From Eledone cirrhosa (taxonomy: Eukaryota), in NCBI GenBank assembly GCA_964016885.1, contig OZ024740.1:106268001-106332000 (forward strand): a stretch of 64,000 nucleotides of DNA. Reading direction: 5' to 3'. Position 1 is the first letter of the stretch, and the number at the start of each line of letters is the position of its first letter. Under the pieces are notes generated by a model that worked only from the letters and a program-made list of their open reading frames with translations, did not search any database and had not been told where the DNA came from. Below are positions 21,547 through 34,527 of this stretch, piece after piece. A program made the translations under genes and the position numbers.

Positions 21547-23678
21547 AACAACGTCAATTTGTGAACGCAGAAGTGAATATTTCAAAAAACGCTGCAACCG
21601 GAGGAAGACAGGAAGACGATATTTTGGTTCGTGGAAACGTTCCCTGGCAAAGAACGAAAAAAAACGAATATAATACGTCATTATTTGGAGCGGTGAAAAA
21701 CAATTACACGCAAAGACAAAACCACGTATACGGTATAAAAGAAGTCGTAGACCAATATTCTATTAGGTGGTTCATAGAGACGTTCTCTGGCAATGAAACT
21801 CACTCGATATGCAAATTAGGCTGCTCAGCCGTTAATATACATAAGGAAAGTATATACTTTCAGACGTTCAATCATCTGGCAGGAAGGTATACGATTCTGA
21901 CGATAGCTAATAAGCTTGAAACTAGTACATCGTTCTTTTGTCTGTGTTGAACAAAAGGGCAACGATGGTTCCTAAACACTGTATGGCTTAATTCGGGCTG
22001 TTTGTTTACTTTTTCAAGGGCTATTTTAATAGAACATAAAAGGAAATTGCTTAGATACAAAACCATAAATTTGATAATATAAAATTCTAAATACCTGAAT
22101 TTTTTACAAGGGGAGGGTACGCTCTGAGTAGCTGCATAAAGTGATGTGATTCTCATACCTGAGATATGGCCTAAACGCTTGCCACAGCGTAAAAGCTGGT
22201 AAAATCACTAAAGGACCATGTGGAGGTGTTAAGAATTATGTCTACACTCTCCTCCAAACAAGAATCGCCTCTCTGGCGTACTTCCACACAATCACCGTCT
22301 CTCAGATTTCCCTCAAAAGGATTCAATCGATCCGAGACTTTGGTAAAATGTCATTCGCTGAGATCAAATTCGAAACAATGTGTTTACAAAGCAAACTTTC
22401 TAACCCCACAGCCATCTCTGTGTGCATATTTGGATTACAATAGAATACTCTAGCTTTCAGCTCTATCCAATATCAAACACTGGTTTCAATGGAATTGAAA
22501 CACACTTTATCTAAAGGCTTTATTCAACAGAAACTATGAGCAGCAATATAATACTTATCCAACACCACTGGCAGCGCACAAATGGCTATATTCATGTGAA
22601 ATATCTGAGCAAAGCTTGTTAATTCTCATGAACGATTTCATTTATTATCACAAGATAGCATGTAACGCTAGTCAATAAAGAAAGTGCTATAGGCGAATCT
22701 AACCTTTCTTTCATAACAGAATAATTAATTTAGTCCTTTGTTTGAGTCGGTTCACTCCTAGAATAATTATGAATTCTTTTGCTTTTGTAATAGGAATTTA
22801 ACGGTTCGATCTACGCAGTTTATAGTAAATTATTTTTCACTTATTGTAGTAGACTCGACTTGCTGAGAGCTTAACTCTGCTCAACGGCGCTTGCAAAATA
22901 ATGCAAAACTGCTGATTTGCGGTTTTCACGAGACAAAATAACATTGTATATCAATAAAATGGTGGAAATATGAAGTTATAATGCTTTTGCTTTTCATTGG
23001 GGAATTCGATACAAAATAAAATGGCTTTTACATAAGATGGAGAACCTGCAAGGAAATGGATATATATTGTATTGTGACATTCGTGCCTTTGTCAAGCACA
23101 ATAACTGTATAAGGTGCATGAAGTGAATAGGAACAAGTAGGTCTATCTATGTTTTCTAAGAATGTTAGCAGCGAAGTCAAGTGAAATCTCTTTAGTTTAT
23201 GATAGAAGAGGGAAATAGAATATCATATTTTTTGTATATTTAAATGACATTAGAGCCATTTATATATTCCTAAAATCTTGAATGAAAGAAAAGTACCCAT
23301 GACATTTTTCAGGACATTTGAGAATGTTGGGAGAGTCGAGGAAAGGAAGAATCTCAAACCAACGGCTCGTCCAAATGGTTGCAACAGACTTCACTCTGCT
23401 AAAGACACATGAGGGCCAAGTTCTGGTGCTGATGTTAACCAGAGTTAACTCAAATTAAGTCTATTAACCTATCCCAAATAAAAACTTTTTCAAGGCACGA
23501 ATTTCATTTAAGGGTAAACAAATGAGAAGGGTGACGTTATAGCATTTCCGTTTATGGGGAAAATAAATTAAAATGTGTTCAATTGAGCATCAAAATAACT
23601 TCGAAGTTTCGAGTGTCATGAGTTTATTACTTCTTTATTTTGCTTACAATAATAATGTTTTTTATTTTATCTACGGAA

Positions 23679-23848
23679 CCAGCAATCTGCCTGTTAGGGA
23701 AAGTCGATGCACCGACCCCAGTATATGACTAGTACTTTGCATTATAGACTCGGGTAGTATGAACTGTAGAAATGATTTTGGTAAATAGAAGGAACACTTA
23801 CCGCAACACATTTTATCTAATGCTCTAATGATTCTGACAATCTACCAC
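23679..23848 (-). mobile_element. Old degenerate SINE copy
   Basis: Motif order AAAGTCGAT..CGACCCCAGT..GACTAGTACTT matches the minus-strand SINEs at 33-37 kb. Confidence 0.55.
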
Positions 23849-25252
23849 TTTGCATTTATTTGTAATTATCAAGGAAAACCCAACCTGAAAAATTACGATC
23901 GATTAACATTCTCTTAATCGAAACAAGTGTTCATTCATATATATTATTCAAGAACCAACAATAAGCTTAGCAGGAGTGCTGTATAAAACGGAGTGAAATC
24001 CATTAACAAGGCAAGTTATTGAATAAGAAACTAGATGAATGTTGTAAAAATATTAGATATCCAATACTCTTTTATTATCTATAAAGTGTGCACCACGCCA
24101 TTTGCATATTTCGCTTATCAGCAGTGAAACAAATGCGGATATTTATCGAAGCTTGACCGTGTTAAATTTAGAGGGGTTTGAGAATGCTAATTATTTTATT
24201 AATACAATTAACTGATGTAAGTTAAATTCACGTGCATACAACCAACTTAACAATAAATTGCACGATTATCTAAATAAAAAATTAAAGAATAAAAAATGAA
24301 TATTTCAAGAAGCAAATGGGTAAACTGATAAATCATGTACAAAACCAGAGTCTAGAAATTAAACAGACGCAGTTACAAAGCATCAAGTGAGCGTCAACGT
24401 GGAAACTCGAGTTGCTAGAAATAGGGGACGTATTTCTCTCAAATCTTTTCTTCTTGTCTTTAAAAGGAAGGGATGCATTAGATAATACAATGATAGATAC
24501 ATGATACTCAAGGTAGTTTAGCTAGAATGCCTGTAATCATAAATTGGTTTATTAGTTCCTGCTAAACAAACACAATGACTGGAATATCATTTACTGTTGT
24601 ACTGTTGAAGTGTTTGGATTTGCTCCTAACAGATTCGGGGTCATAACATCGGATAGCTTTTCTTGGTTTGTTTTTAACTGTCAAGCTATCGAGCTAAAAC
24701 TAAACACATTTAGTTTTAGCCAAAAATAACATTTATTTTTCCTTGATTGTTAATGGAAAATATATAAAGCTTTTGCAAAGAAAATAGGATAAATTCAAGA
24801 CAAAATATAAATATAATGTGGAAAGTTAAAGAGAAAAAAAACAAATATAGAAACAAAGAAGTTTGATTATATGGAGTGAGAAACGAATTGTTTATAAAAT
24901 AATCCAAAATAGTTTTGCTTTGATTTTATAAGCACTTACAGCTCAGGTAATTTGTTTTTCGTTACCGGAGGCTATTTAAAATATATCAGTAGGATGCAAT
25001 TATTTATAACTGATAATCTTGCTGATTAATAAAACTGGGCTGCTTTCAATTGAATGATAGTTATTCATATATCGTAGTTTCGAAAATTTGATAATATTAT
25101 GTATTTGGGAGATTTTCTTACCTGAGTATTCCACAGACATGTATACTGTTAACGTAATTCTTAGAGAGATTCAGAATGACACAGTGTGTGACAAGGCTAG
25201 CGCATTGAATTACAGGTACAGCCCATGCCACGGGCTTCAAACAATTTCCGTC

Positions 25253-25306
25253 TACCCAATTTCACTATAATACCCAATTTCACTATAATACCCAATTTCA
25301 CTATAA
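25253..25306. repeat. 3 x 18-bp tandem repeat TACCCAATTTCACTATAA
   Basis: Read directly from the sequence. Confidence 0.95.
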
Positions 25307-25332
25307 TAGTCAACCTGAAGCTGTAGTAAATG

Positions 25333-25420
25333 ACATTTTCCGAGATACCACACAGTGGGATCGAACCCAGGATATAATGATTGCGATTCCAACTTCTAAA
25401 CCATGCTGCATCCATGCTTA
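25333..25420 (-). mobile_element. tRNA-like head of a second SINE family
   Basis: The minus strand has TGGTTTAGAAGTTGG...GGGTTCGATCCC (B-box) followed by a body different from the main SINE. Confidence 0.55.
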
Positions 25421-26126
25421 CAACCATTATACAATGAATGTCGTAAACAATAGCAGCCATTTTACTAATATTTTAAAATACATTTTTTAATTTATTGTAA
25501 AATTTATTATAATTTTCTTTATATTTTTTTCTTATGACAGATAACTTTTCTTATAGAATTTTTCAAGGACTTCATATTGTTCAATCTTCTCATTCATTTC
25601 ACCTTCACTATAGGGAACTACAGATCATGGAGAAAAGAACAGATGTAAAACGTTTTTTCCAGAATACTTTCACACATTCTACGTTCATTACAATCTCTTG
25701 TTTATTATTTTTTTTTAAAGGTGATAGATAAAAGAACATACTCATACTGTGGCATCATGTTCCACTTACCAAAGAAACTAATTTGGAATTTATACCAGAA
25801 AGGTTTCACAAGAAAACCAGTAGCGCACATACACGTACACGCACGCGTAACTTCTTTAATCTACTTGAGCATTGCGCCTGTTCGGTGTGTAAATATAATT
25901 TTTATTTCAATACGTTCTAGTGAGCAACCATCTTCGTTGAATACTGATGAGTTTTTCTCCCCTTTAAGTTCTCGTCAGTGCTCCTGCATCATCTCTCCTA
26001 TACTGCGAGCCGTTTCTTCTCAATGTGTTGTGTTCATATCTCTACATTGCCCTCTATGCATCTTATGCTATAAACTACAATTGTACACAGTTATATTAGG
26101 TTCACGCTTGGTGGAAGTAGAGGAGG

Positions 26127-26161
26127 TTTCGACGTTTCGGACAGAAGTATTCATCAGGAAA
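26127..26161 (-). ncRNA. Minimal Penelope-type hammerhead with intact core and damaged stem II
   Basis: The minus strand reads TTTC-CTGATGA-ATACTTCTGTCC-GAAA-CG-TC-GAAA: palindromic ACGT stem III, GTC triplet, stem I TTTC/GAAA. Confidence 0.65.
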
Positions 26162-26772
26162 GTTCGGATAATGGGAGAACAGAAACTCCAAGGAGTAGTA
26201 AGGGAAGGTTAAAGAAGGAAATAAAAAAAATACAAAATACAAAATGAAAACATAAAAAAAAAAAAAAATAATAATGAAAAGGGGTGTATATGTCCAGGTT
26301 AGAGGGGGCATGGTGGAGGGTAGTGTGTGTGTGTTGAAGACGGGGAATGGGTAGAATGTAAGGCTTTAATTAGTTCTCAGAGTATATGTGTGTATGTGTA
26401 GATGTAAGTGTGCGTGTATGTGTAGATGTAAGTATGTGTGTCTGTGTATGTGATAATGATTGTGTAGGTTCATCTGTTTGTGAGTGGGGGAGAATATGCG
26501 TGTATATGATGTTAAACATTGTTTATTTGTGTTTGGGTGAAAAAAAAGCACCTGTGTGAAAATTGAGTGTATGTGTGAGTCATACATAGATACATACATA
26601 TATATGTGTGTGTGTATACGTATATATATATATGAATATATATATATGTGAGTGTGTCCGTGTGTGTGTGCTTATGTGTGTGTGTGTGTGTTTGTATGAA
26701 TATATATATATATATATTTGAGTGTCCGTGTGTGTGTGTGTATACATATGCATGTTCATTCCACACTGAAAC

Positions 26773-26910
26773 CTTGCTATAATTAACTCCACTTGGAACA
26801 CTGTCAAGTTGAATTCTCTTCCAGAATTGGTAATGACCGGCAATGGCATTATCACTGTTGACAACTTGCGATCCAAGCCAATGATGAAGCTCTGTGCGTG
26901 GCAATATGAA
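26773..26910 (-). other. Candidate isolated 138-nt coding exon of an unknown host gene
   Basis: Good acceptor TCTATTTTTATCAG, length of 46 codons, open frame FILPRTELHHWLGSQ...GVNYSK. The donor AAG|GTTTCA is weak and I recognise no homology. Confidence 0.25.
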
Positions 26911-27427
26911 CTGATAAAAATAGATTATCATCATCAGGTATCGTATATTCTCAACATGTTGAATACCCTCGGCCACTTTAATGCTATGAATGGTTAACTA
27001 CGGATGAGTATAATCCATTCTATAGGAGATAATAAGCCACGACAGGATTTAAACTGAGAATACAAAGGGTCGTACCAAATACCGCAAGGTAGCCATTCGA
27101 TCCATTCCGCCATGGACAATGTACTCTAGGTTGGTATTTTATCTGAGGTTTACTTTATCATAAAGTGATAATATTTTATTTCAAAATAATCAAATATATC
27201 TTTAGGATAAAATTATATTAAATAAATAATTGTTTCTACTTTTGGCACAAGGCCAACAATTATCTCAGGGTATTACTTCCGCTATTTGATTTAAGATTTG
27301 TAGCCATTTAAAAAAAAAAGAATAGAATATTGGAACCTGTAGTCTTAGATATACTGAGGGTAAGATTTGGGTGTACGTATGTGATATATGTGTGGAGTGA
27401 TTTGGTGCGTGTATCTGGTAAGGCATC

Positions 27428-27523
27428 GAATTGGCAGAGTCGTTAAGACGGTTTTCGTCCCACCTCTTTTTCCGCTCTGGGTTCAAATCCCGCTGCAGTC
27501 AACTTTGCCTTTCATCCTTTCGA
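27428..27523 (+). mobile_element. SINE 5' fragment
   Basis: TGGCAGAGTCGTT A-box, GGTTCAAATCC B-box, ACTTTGCCTTTCATCC core. Confidence 0.7.
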
Positions 27524-28189
27524 CGCCAATTTTAACTCTAAAGAAAAAATCGGCTGTGTTCAGACTTGGAGAGGGTTGGGCTCCACCGGGTTTAAATGTG
27601 CCCTAGACTTGCCGTAGACGGTAACTCTACTATTCCACAAGGAGTTATGGGATCTTTATCCTTTATCCTTTATCGATGTGGTATATGTGTATATGTACGT
27701 GTAGCTGTGTGTGTGGAGTCTATGAAAATGTATGTATATGTATGTATGCATCTGTGATGATGTTAATTGGCCTATGTATGCTAAGAACCACGCATGTTTT
27801 CATATATGTGGATATGTGTGCGTGAATGTGAGAGAAGGAGAGAGAGAGAGAGTATGCATAAACGTACATGTATACGTGTGTGTTTGTTTATAAGTATATA
27901 ACGAAGTTTGGAGAGGTTACTAGATGAAACCGCGAGAGCTCGTGGCTGGACCTCTACCTCATTAATACATATATATAATATATATATATATAATATATAT
28001 GCGTGTCTGTGTGTGTTTGTATATATATATATATATATATATATATTATGGGTTTTTTTAGTTGATTCTATTGACTGATGAATAGCTTTTGTTAACTTAT
28101 AACCATTCTGTTGAGAGCTTAATTCGTTTTGTGATATTTTGCATTTTTGCAATAATATACACATACTGAATTTCATCCGCCAAAAGTGA

Positions 28190-28772
28190 GGGTTGCCTCC
28201 CTTGTGGGTATCGGTAACGGTCATTCCTTTCCTGGCACTCGAACTAAAACCTGTTGAGAAAGTAATTTCCTTGTTCAATCAACTTACCAGAAGCCTAACA
28301 TTATCGGGGGATTGGCAGTATCGGTAGAGGGTCAGACGCCATGCTTTCTAGCATAGTTACGTCCCTTTACAGTCTGAGTTCAAATCCCACCGAGGTTAAC
28401 TTTGCCTTTCATCCTTACGGGGTCGATAAAATAAAGTACCAGTAATGTACTGGATAATTGCTGGCCTTGTACCTAAAGTAGAAACAATTATTTGTCTAAG
28501 CGGACAGTACTTGATTTAGGAGTCGCAGAAACCCAAATGCTGGATTTTACCAACCATCCAGGGGTCCGGGTAAATTTTTCAATCACATGTTTTTATTTGT
28601 TTGACCCGAATTACTTGGTCGTTTCTATGGCTGTGTGGATGATCGTCTCAGTGTGTTTGGCCTTTAACGTATGTTGTAGCTCTGGTTCGTCAGAATTATT
28701 GAGCGCTTGCCACACATCTCGGAAGTTGTTTTTCGCTAATTCCAAAGCCGAAATACGATTCTCGCTAATTTA
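28190..28772. mobile_element. Unclassified dispersed element, copy 2, interrupted by a SINE
   Basis: Homologous to 20910-21322 on both sides of the SINE. Confidence 0.75.
28305..28486 (+). mobile_element. tRNA-derived SINE (short subtype), nested insertion
   Basis: A and B boxes, core and 3' end as at 7401; ATTAT on both sides is a possible target-site duplication. Confidence 0.88.
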
Positions 28773-28800
28773 TATTTATATATATATATATATATATATA

Positions 28801-28910
28801 CAGGGTCACCCCCAAGAAATGTATACACACTTCAACAACATTCTAATAAATATAATAAATATTGCCTGTACAGGTAATCAAAGTGTGTATACGTTTTGGG
28901 GGACACCGTG
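28801..28910. mobile_element. 110-bp Tc1/mariner-type MITE
   Basis: Imperfect terminal inverted repeats of about 30 bp (CAGGGTCACCCCCAAGAAATGTATACACACTT and AAGTGTGTATACGTTTTGGGGGACACCGTG), with TA on both sides. Confidence 0.75.
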
Positions 28911-29137
28911 TATATATATACATATATATTATATATATATGTGTGTGTGTGTGTGTATAAACATACACATACATATATACGTGTGTTTGTTGGTCGGTAT
29001 GTAGAATAAACTACATTTATATATTCTCCGTATAGTTAATACATCATCTATGCTTATAAATTCCAACACGTTTTTCTTCGATTGCCATGTAAGAGCATAT
29101 AAAAATAAATGAATAAATTGTATACGTTTCTTTATAT

Positions 29138-29548
29138 GTCTTCTCTTTCCCTCTACATCCTCTCTCTCTCCCTCTCTCTCTTTCCCTCTACCGCCATCAC
29201 TCTCTCTCCTCTCCACCTCCACCTCTCTCTCTTTCCATCTACTTCCACCGCTCTCTCTTTCCCCTCCACCTCCATCACTCTTTCTCTTTCCTTCTACCTC
29301 CACCTCTCTCTCACTTTCCCTCTACCGCCATCACTCTCTCTCCCCTCCACCTCCACCTCTCTCTCTTTCCATCTACTTCCACCGCTCTCTCTTTCTCCTC
29401 CACCTCCATGTCTCTTTCTCTTTCCTTCTACCTCCACCTCTCTCTCTTTCCCTTTACCGCCTCCACTCTCTCTTTCCCTCTACCTCCACCACTCTCTCTC
29501 CCCTCCACCTCCACCTCTCTTCCTCTATCTCCCACTCTGTCTTCCTTA
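29138..29548. repeat. Polypyrimidine (CT-rich) degenerate minisatellite
   Basis: Recurring CCTCCACCTCCA and CTCTCTCTTTCC modules. Confidence 0.9.
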
Positions 29549-29724
29549 ATCTCTATTTTCCTAACTATAACTCCTTCTTTGTGTGAGATCTAATTTCTGG
29601 TGTTAATATATCGTTGCCTTTCAAAATGCTTTCAGATTTGATGTGTTGAGCATTGAGAGTGTTTAGAAGTGATTAACAGTGGTAGAAACTATAGTAACAG
29701 GCACTCACAGGCATAAAGAATAGA

Positions 29725-30340
29725 TAGGAAGATGGGGGGGGGGCATGAAGGGGAGGGGGCATGGAGGAAGGGAGGAAGGAAGGGGGGAAAGGAGGGAGGA
29801 AGGAAAGGAGCGAGGGAGGAAAGGGGGAGGGAGGAAGAAAGAAAGGAAGGGAGGAATGGGAGGGAGGAATGGGAGGAGGGGAGGCGGGTGAAGGAAGGGT
29901 GGTAGGAAGGAAGGGAGGAAGGGGAGGAAGGGAGGAAGGAAGGGAGGAAGGGGAGGAATGGATGAAGGAAGGGAGGTAGGAAGGAAGGGAGGAAAGGGGG
30001 TGGAGGAAAGGGGGTGGGGGAAAGGGGGTGGAGGAAAGGGGAGGATGGGAGGAAGGAAGGGTGGGAGGAATGAAGAAATAGATAAATAAATAAAGAAAGA
30101 AAGAAAGAAAGAGAACAAGGGAAAAGAAAGAAAAAAGAAAGGAAGGAAGAAAGAAAGATAGATAGAAAGATGGAAAGAAAGAAAGAGATGAAGGGAAAAG
30201 AAATGAATAAAGAAAGAAAAAAGAAAGAGAGGAGGAAAGAAGGAAAGAAAGAAAGCAATAAAGGAATAAACAAATAAAGAAAATAAGAAAAAGAAAAAGA
30301 AATGAAGGAGAGAGAGAAGAAAAGAAAGAACGAGAGAGAG
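29725..30340. repeat. Polypurine (GGA/GGAA grading to GAAA) low-complexity tract
   Basis: Read directly from the sequence. Confidence 0.9.
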
Positions 30341-30839
30341 CGTGTCAGAATATGTGTTAATTCTTAGGTTCATTCTGAGAATTGATGTTTATCGTAAATA
30401 ATCTTCGGTAGAGAGCTTAATGTAGAGATGTGGATGGATTAAGAGATACAGCCGGTGATTTGGGGTGGTGGGGGGTGATAAATACGGAAATATGAGGAAG
30501 GATAGAACTAGTTAGAGAGAAAGAGAGAGGAGTGAGAGAGAATCAACGCAGTAGTGTGACGGAATAAAGAGAAAAGCTTCACTATTAAGACAATTATCGA
30601 TCAGGTTTGATGTGAGCACATGTATTTTTGTGTTTCTTTGTGTGTGTAGGTGTGTGTGTAGTTCTGTACCTCCATCTGTGTGTGTATGTATGTGGGATAG
30701 CGCATTTGTTTGCTTGTCTTCAGATATGTTAATGTGTTTATATAACTCCGCACTGCCAACAGTTTCAAGAGGCAAACATCAGATGCATTTAAGAAAAGTA
30801 AAAGATGTAGAATGGAGTAGGGGTCATTCCTTGACATCT

Positions 30840-31170
30840 TGAACAGCAAGAATACACCTCTTGGCAGTGCTCCTATGATTTCTCAAAGACCTGTCGCAAT
30901 GTGAATATTTGCTCGGCTATGTTGTGTACGGGGTAAAAACTCCACCGTTTATCAGTTAGTTTGGACTCCTTGCATCACTTTGCCAGACACTTAGCATAGA
31001 CTTTATCCGAGAGGCTTATCAAGGAGATTCTTCTATAATTGGAGCAATTGCTCTTTGAATTCTTTTTGAAAATTGGGGTTATCACACCAGATTGCCATTG
31101 ATTAGGTGCATTTCCAGAGATCCAGGTCAACCGGCACACACGAGTAAACCAGAACACCTTCTTTTATTAT
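30840..31170 (-). pseudogene. RTE-type LINE reverse transcriptase fragment (second family)
   Basis: WISGNAPNQWQSGVITPIFKK...CSNYRRISLISLSDKVYAKCL, continuing past a stop to EQIFTLRQVFEKS*EH. Confidence 0.85.
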
Positions 31171-31923
31171 GAAGTCAGCGGATGGTCTGCCAGAGCCCTT
31201 TGTTTACTGATATGAAATCGGATTCCAGCTTAACACCAAAGTTCTCCAATGTCTTAACTTTAGATGCCTTTACGCTTTCTGTTGCGCAAGTGCAAGTAAA
31301 AGGATTTATTACCAAACCAAGATTTGTAGGCCTCCTTGTTTACTCAGATGGCATCTTCGACCGCTTGATTCAACCAAAGAATCCTCCTGCCACCCGATGC
31401 CACACTAAGCCGCTTTTGCTTGCTGCATTTAACAGGTGAAGCAGTGTTTGTTAATAGTTTTTAGGTCTTAATATTAATGGGCTACGTCACATGAAGTGTC
31501 AAATGAAGTAGCCCAAATGTTGGAATGAGCACTGGTTCAGTAAACACATAATGAACCACTGATGACCATTTTTTTAAACAGTGTGTTATATTCACTTGTT
31601 ATGAGTTCTATCTCAAACTTAGAATACATTTTCAGCCATCCCTATCTACCTATTGCATTCCTTATTGATTCTTACACAACGCAATTGCTGTATATGTGTA
31701 TGTATATATGTCCGTCTGATGTTGACGAACGTGAGAATGAGTACTTAGTAATGACGTATAGTTTAATGATATTCTTTATCGTGGCTCCGTAATGAGTCTT
31801 GTTACTCAGGAGTTTCACGTGTGTAATTATAGGATCGTCAGACAAGATTCATCTTGTCTGATTATTCTGTGAGTACACAACTGAAACTCCAGAATAACAA
31901 AACATCACTTATCCATACTAAAG

Positions 31924-32065
<142 letters not shown>

Positions 32066-32077
32066 GGTATGTATGTA

Positions 32078-32229
32078 TAACAAAGAAAGAAAGTGTGGAG
32101 AACCAGGTGGACCATAACGCACCTGAGTACTCGATACTTAGGGTAGTAGAGTGAGTAATAGGAAAAGTTCAGGACCCCGACGGCTGAGCTCCAGCCGTTT
32201 CGACAGCTATATCTAGCTGTCGAAACGGC
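32078..32229 (-). mobile_element. Third copy of the hammerhead-bearing family; retains the 3' half of the ribozyme and ends in a 16-bp fold-back
   Basis: The reverse complement closely matches 6492-6623; hairpin at 32194-32209 and 32214-32229. Confidence 0.8.
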
Positions 32230-32649
32230 AGGTGGGGGGGGGGGGGGGGGGTTAGAAAATATGGAAAATAGAAAAAAAAAAGATAATTTGTGCGTATCGT
32301 AAATAGATAAATTTGAATCTTGTTGTTATAGAGAGAAGTTAGAAGGGCGAAAGAAAGATAGAAATCAGCACGCCATTTCCAATTCAATGAATAGAACTAA
32401 TTAGAGGGAAATATTTAAAGGCTTGGTGTCCTGAAGCTGAAGTTCTTTTCTTGTCAAAGATCTCAGATGACACCTTTAATCAATGATGCAGCTGACTTTC
32501 ATTCCTTCGTAGAACTAAAACATTATTTGTTAAAAGTATTGTTGACGAAGTATTTACAGAAGCCTTAGATTAGGGAAAATGTCTTTAGAAATCAAAGAAT
32601 GAATTACCGTTTCTTCAATTTCGTTGATGGAGCTGAGACTACAACTCAT

Positions 32650-33100
32650 CGGAATGAATCTTGTAGAGAGTTTAGTTTTTCAACTCTCTCGTGTCTGAGT
32701 TCCAAATGTGCCGGGTTATTTTGGGGGAAGGAGAGTGTCGTTTAAATCGACTGCATTGCGTTACTGATACTTTATTTCATCGACCCCGTATGGCTGAAAT
32801 CAGAACGTAAAGGGATGTAACTATATGCCGGAAAGCAGTTTGTCCGACCCTCTTCCGATGCTGTCAATCCACCGCTCTCGAAAGCGATAAAATAATGGTT
32901 TCTGATTTAGGCACAAGGCCAACAATTTTCGGGAAGGCGAAAGTCGATTAAATCGATCCCAGTGAGCTACTGCTACTTTATTTTATCGAACCCGTAACGA
33001 TGAAAGGCAATGCTAACCGCAGTGGTATTTCAACTCAGAACGTAAAGGGCCGTAACTACATGCCACAAATCTTTACCGATACTGCTAATCCACCGCCCAC
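32650..33100. mobile_element. Cluster of SINE copies (+ fragment about 32650-32720; - copies about 32745-32875 and 32896-33097)
   Basis: Reverse-complement motifs GGCACAAGGCC, ATCGACCCCG, GATGAAAGGCAA and AACTCAGAACGTAAAGGG. Confidence 0.75.
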
Positions 33101-34527
33101 GAAAGCGATAAAATAATATCACTCGAATCAGGCAACCGACAGCGTTTTTTTTTCTCTTCATCCAAAAATAACTATTATGAATTAATTAATACAGATGAAT
33201 GAAATTAGAACCCTGTAGTTGGTTACTGATAGTGATCAATAATGAAGAACATATCAGGGAAACTAAATGGCTCAGAAAAATAACAAATGGAAAGAAATTT
33301 TACACAGCTAAATCGTGAAAAGTCTCTATTTATCGCAATTATTTTCATAAGTAAAAAGAAGCAGGAAACCTTTAGGATATGGAGACAAATAACAAAATAT
33401 GGTGGACAATTATAATTTAGCTAATATTGGAAGAGATATGGAGGATTTCTTTTACGAGACATAGGAAGGATTTTATTAATGGGGGCGATATATTGACGCT
33501 AGAAATTTACGTATATAATTTGATAATTATTTTGTCCACCTTGAAGGGAAACATGCAGCGTTGATTCTAGCGAAAATGTAAATCACAATGTAGACATAAT
33601 AAAGTAAAAATTATAGAGTATTTCGCTTAACGTGCGAATATTTCTAAGTTATTATTTTGTATTGTTATATTATTGCTTATAAAACAAAAACCTTATATTG
33701 GCTGCCATAATACTATTTTCTTGCCATTAACATGGCAAGAAAATAGTTTTATGAAAATAATTATTGATATGAGGAAAAGTTATTTTAACCATTTAAAAAC
33801 GCACAAACGTTCACTTCTGTCTCTTAATAGAGCATTATTTTATATGAATTATCAAAATATTTCATTGCACTTTTGTAACCCGGCTACTGACATAATGTAG
33901 TTGCATCTGTGACATTGTATCAGTGACCAGGTCACAAACAGAGTGACAAAGATATTGACATAATGAAATCAATAATAAATGTAGGGAATTTTAAGAGGTT
34001 TCTGAATTTTAAGTGGGTATCATGAATCTTCCACGATGTAATTGCTTCAATTTCAACACACGATCTCAGATCGTATTGCTTCCACAACATGTACTACTCT
34101 AAAATTTTCTAATGTGAATTGTCAACAAATTTCGTCGCCCAATTGTTACCGAGTCACTGACCGAATTTGACTGCATCTGTTGAAAGTCAGATTTTGACCA
34201 GATTTTATAATGCTCGAGCATTTTTTTAGTGTTTCTTTTTTTTGTGAATATCTTGTTTGCTTATTTTCTTAATTATAGTCTTCTGTAAACACGAAAGCAC
34301 TTGATGTTTTTTACTTGTCAGTTTGCAATATAATTTAATTTTATGTGTTATGCTTTGGTACGCTGTCCCTGTATGTATAGATGATTTTCCTCTTTATGAT
34401 TTTTGAACATGGACGTCTATTATTGATTTCAGGCTCATTTTTTCTTTGTTTTTTTCTTCTCCTTTTTCACCTCATTCACTGCTTATCTTATTCATATATT
34501 TATTTACTATGATTGTTACGAAAGTTA

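Noticed and set aside
25942-25979. CTGATGAG as a hammerhead core
   Set aside because: No downstream GAAA or stem III; it simply pairs with CTCGTCAGT.
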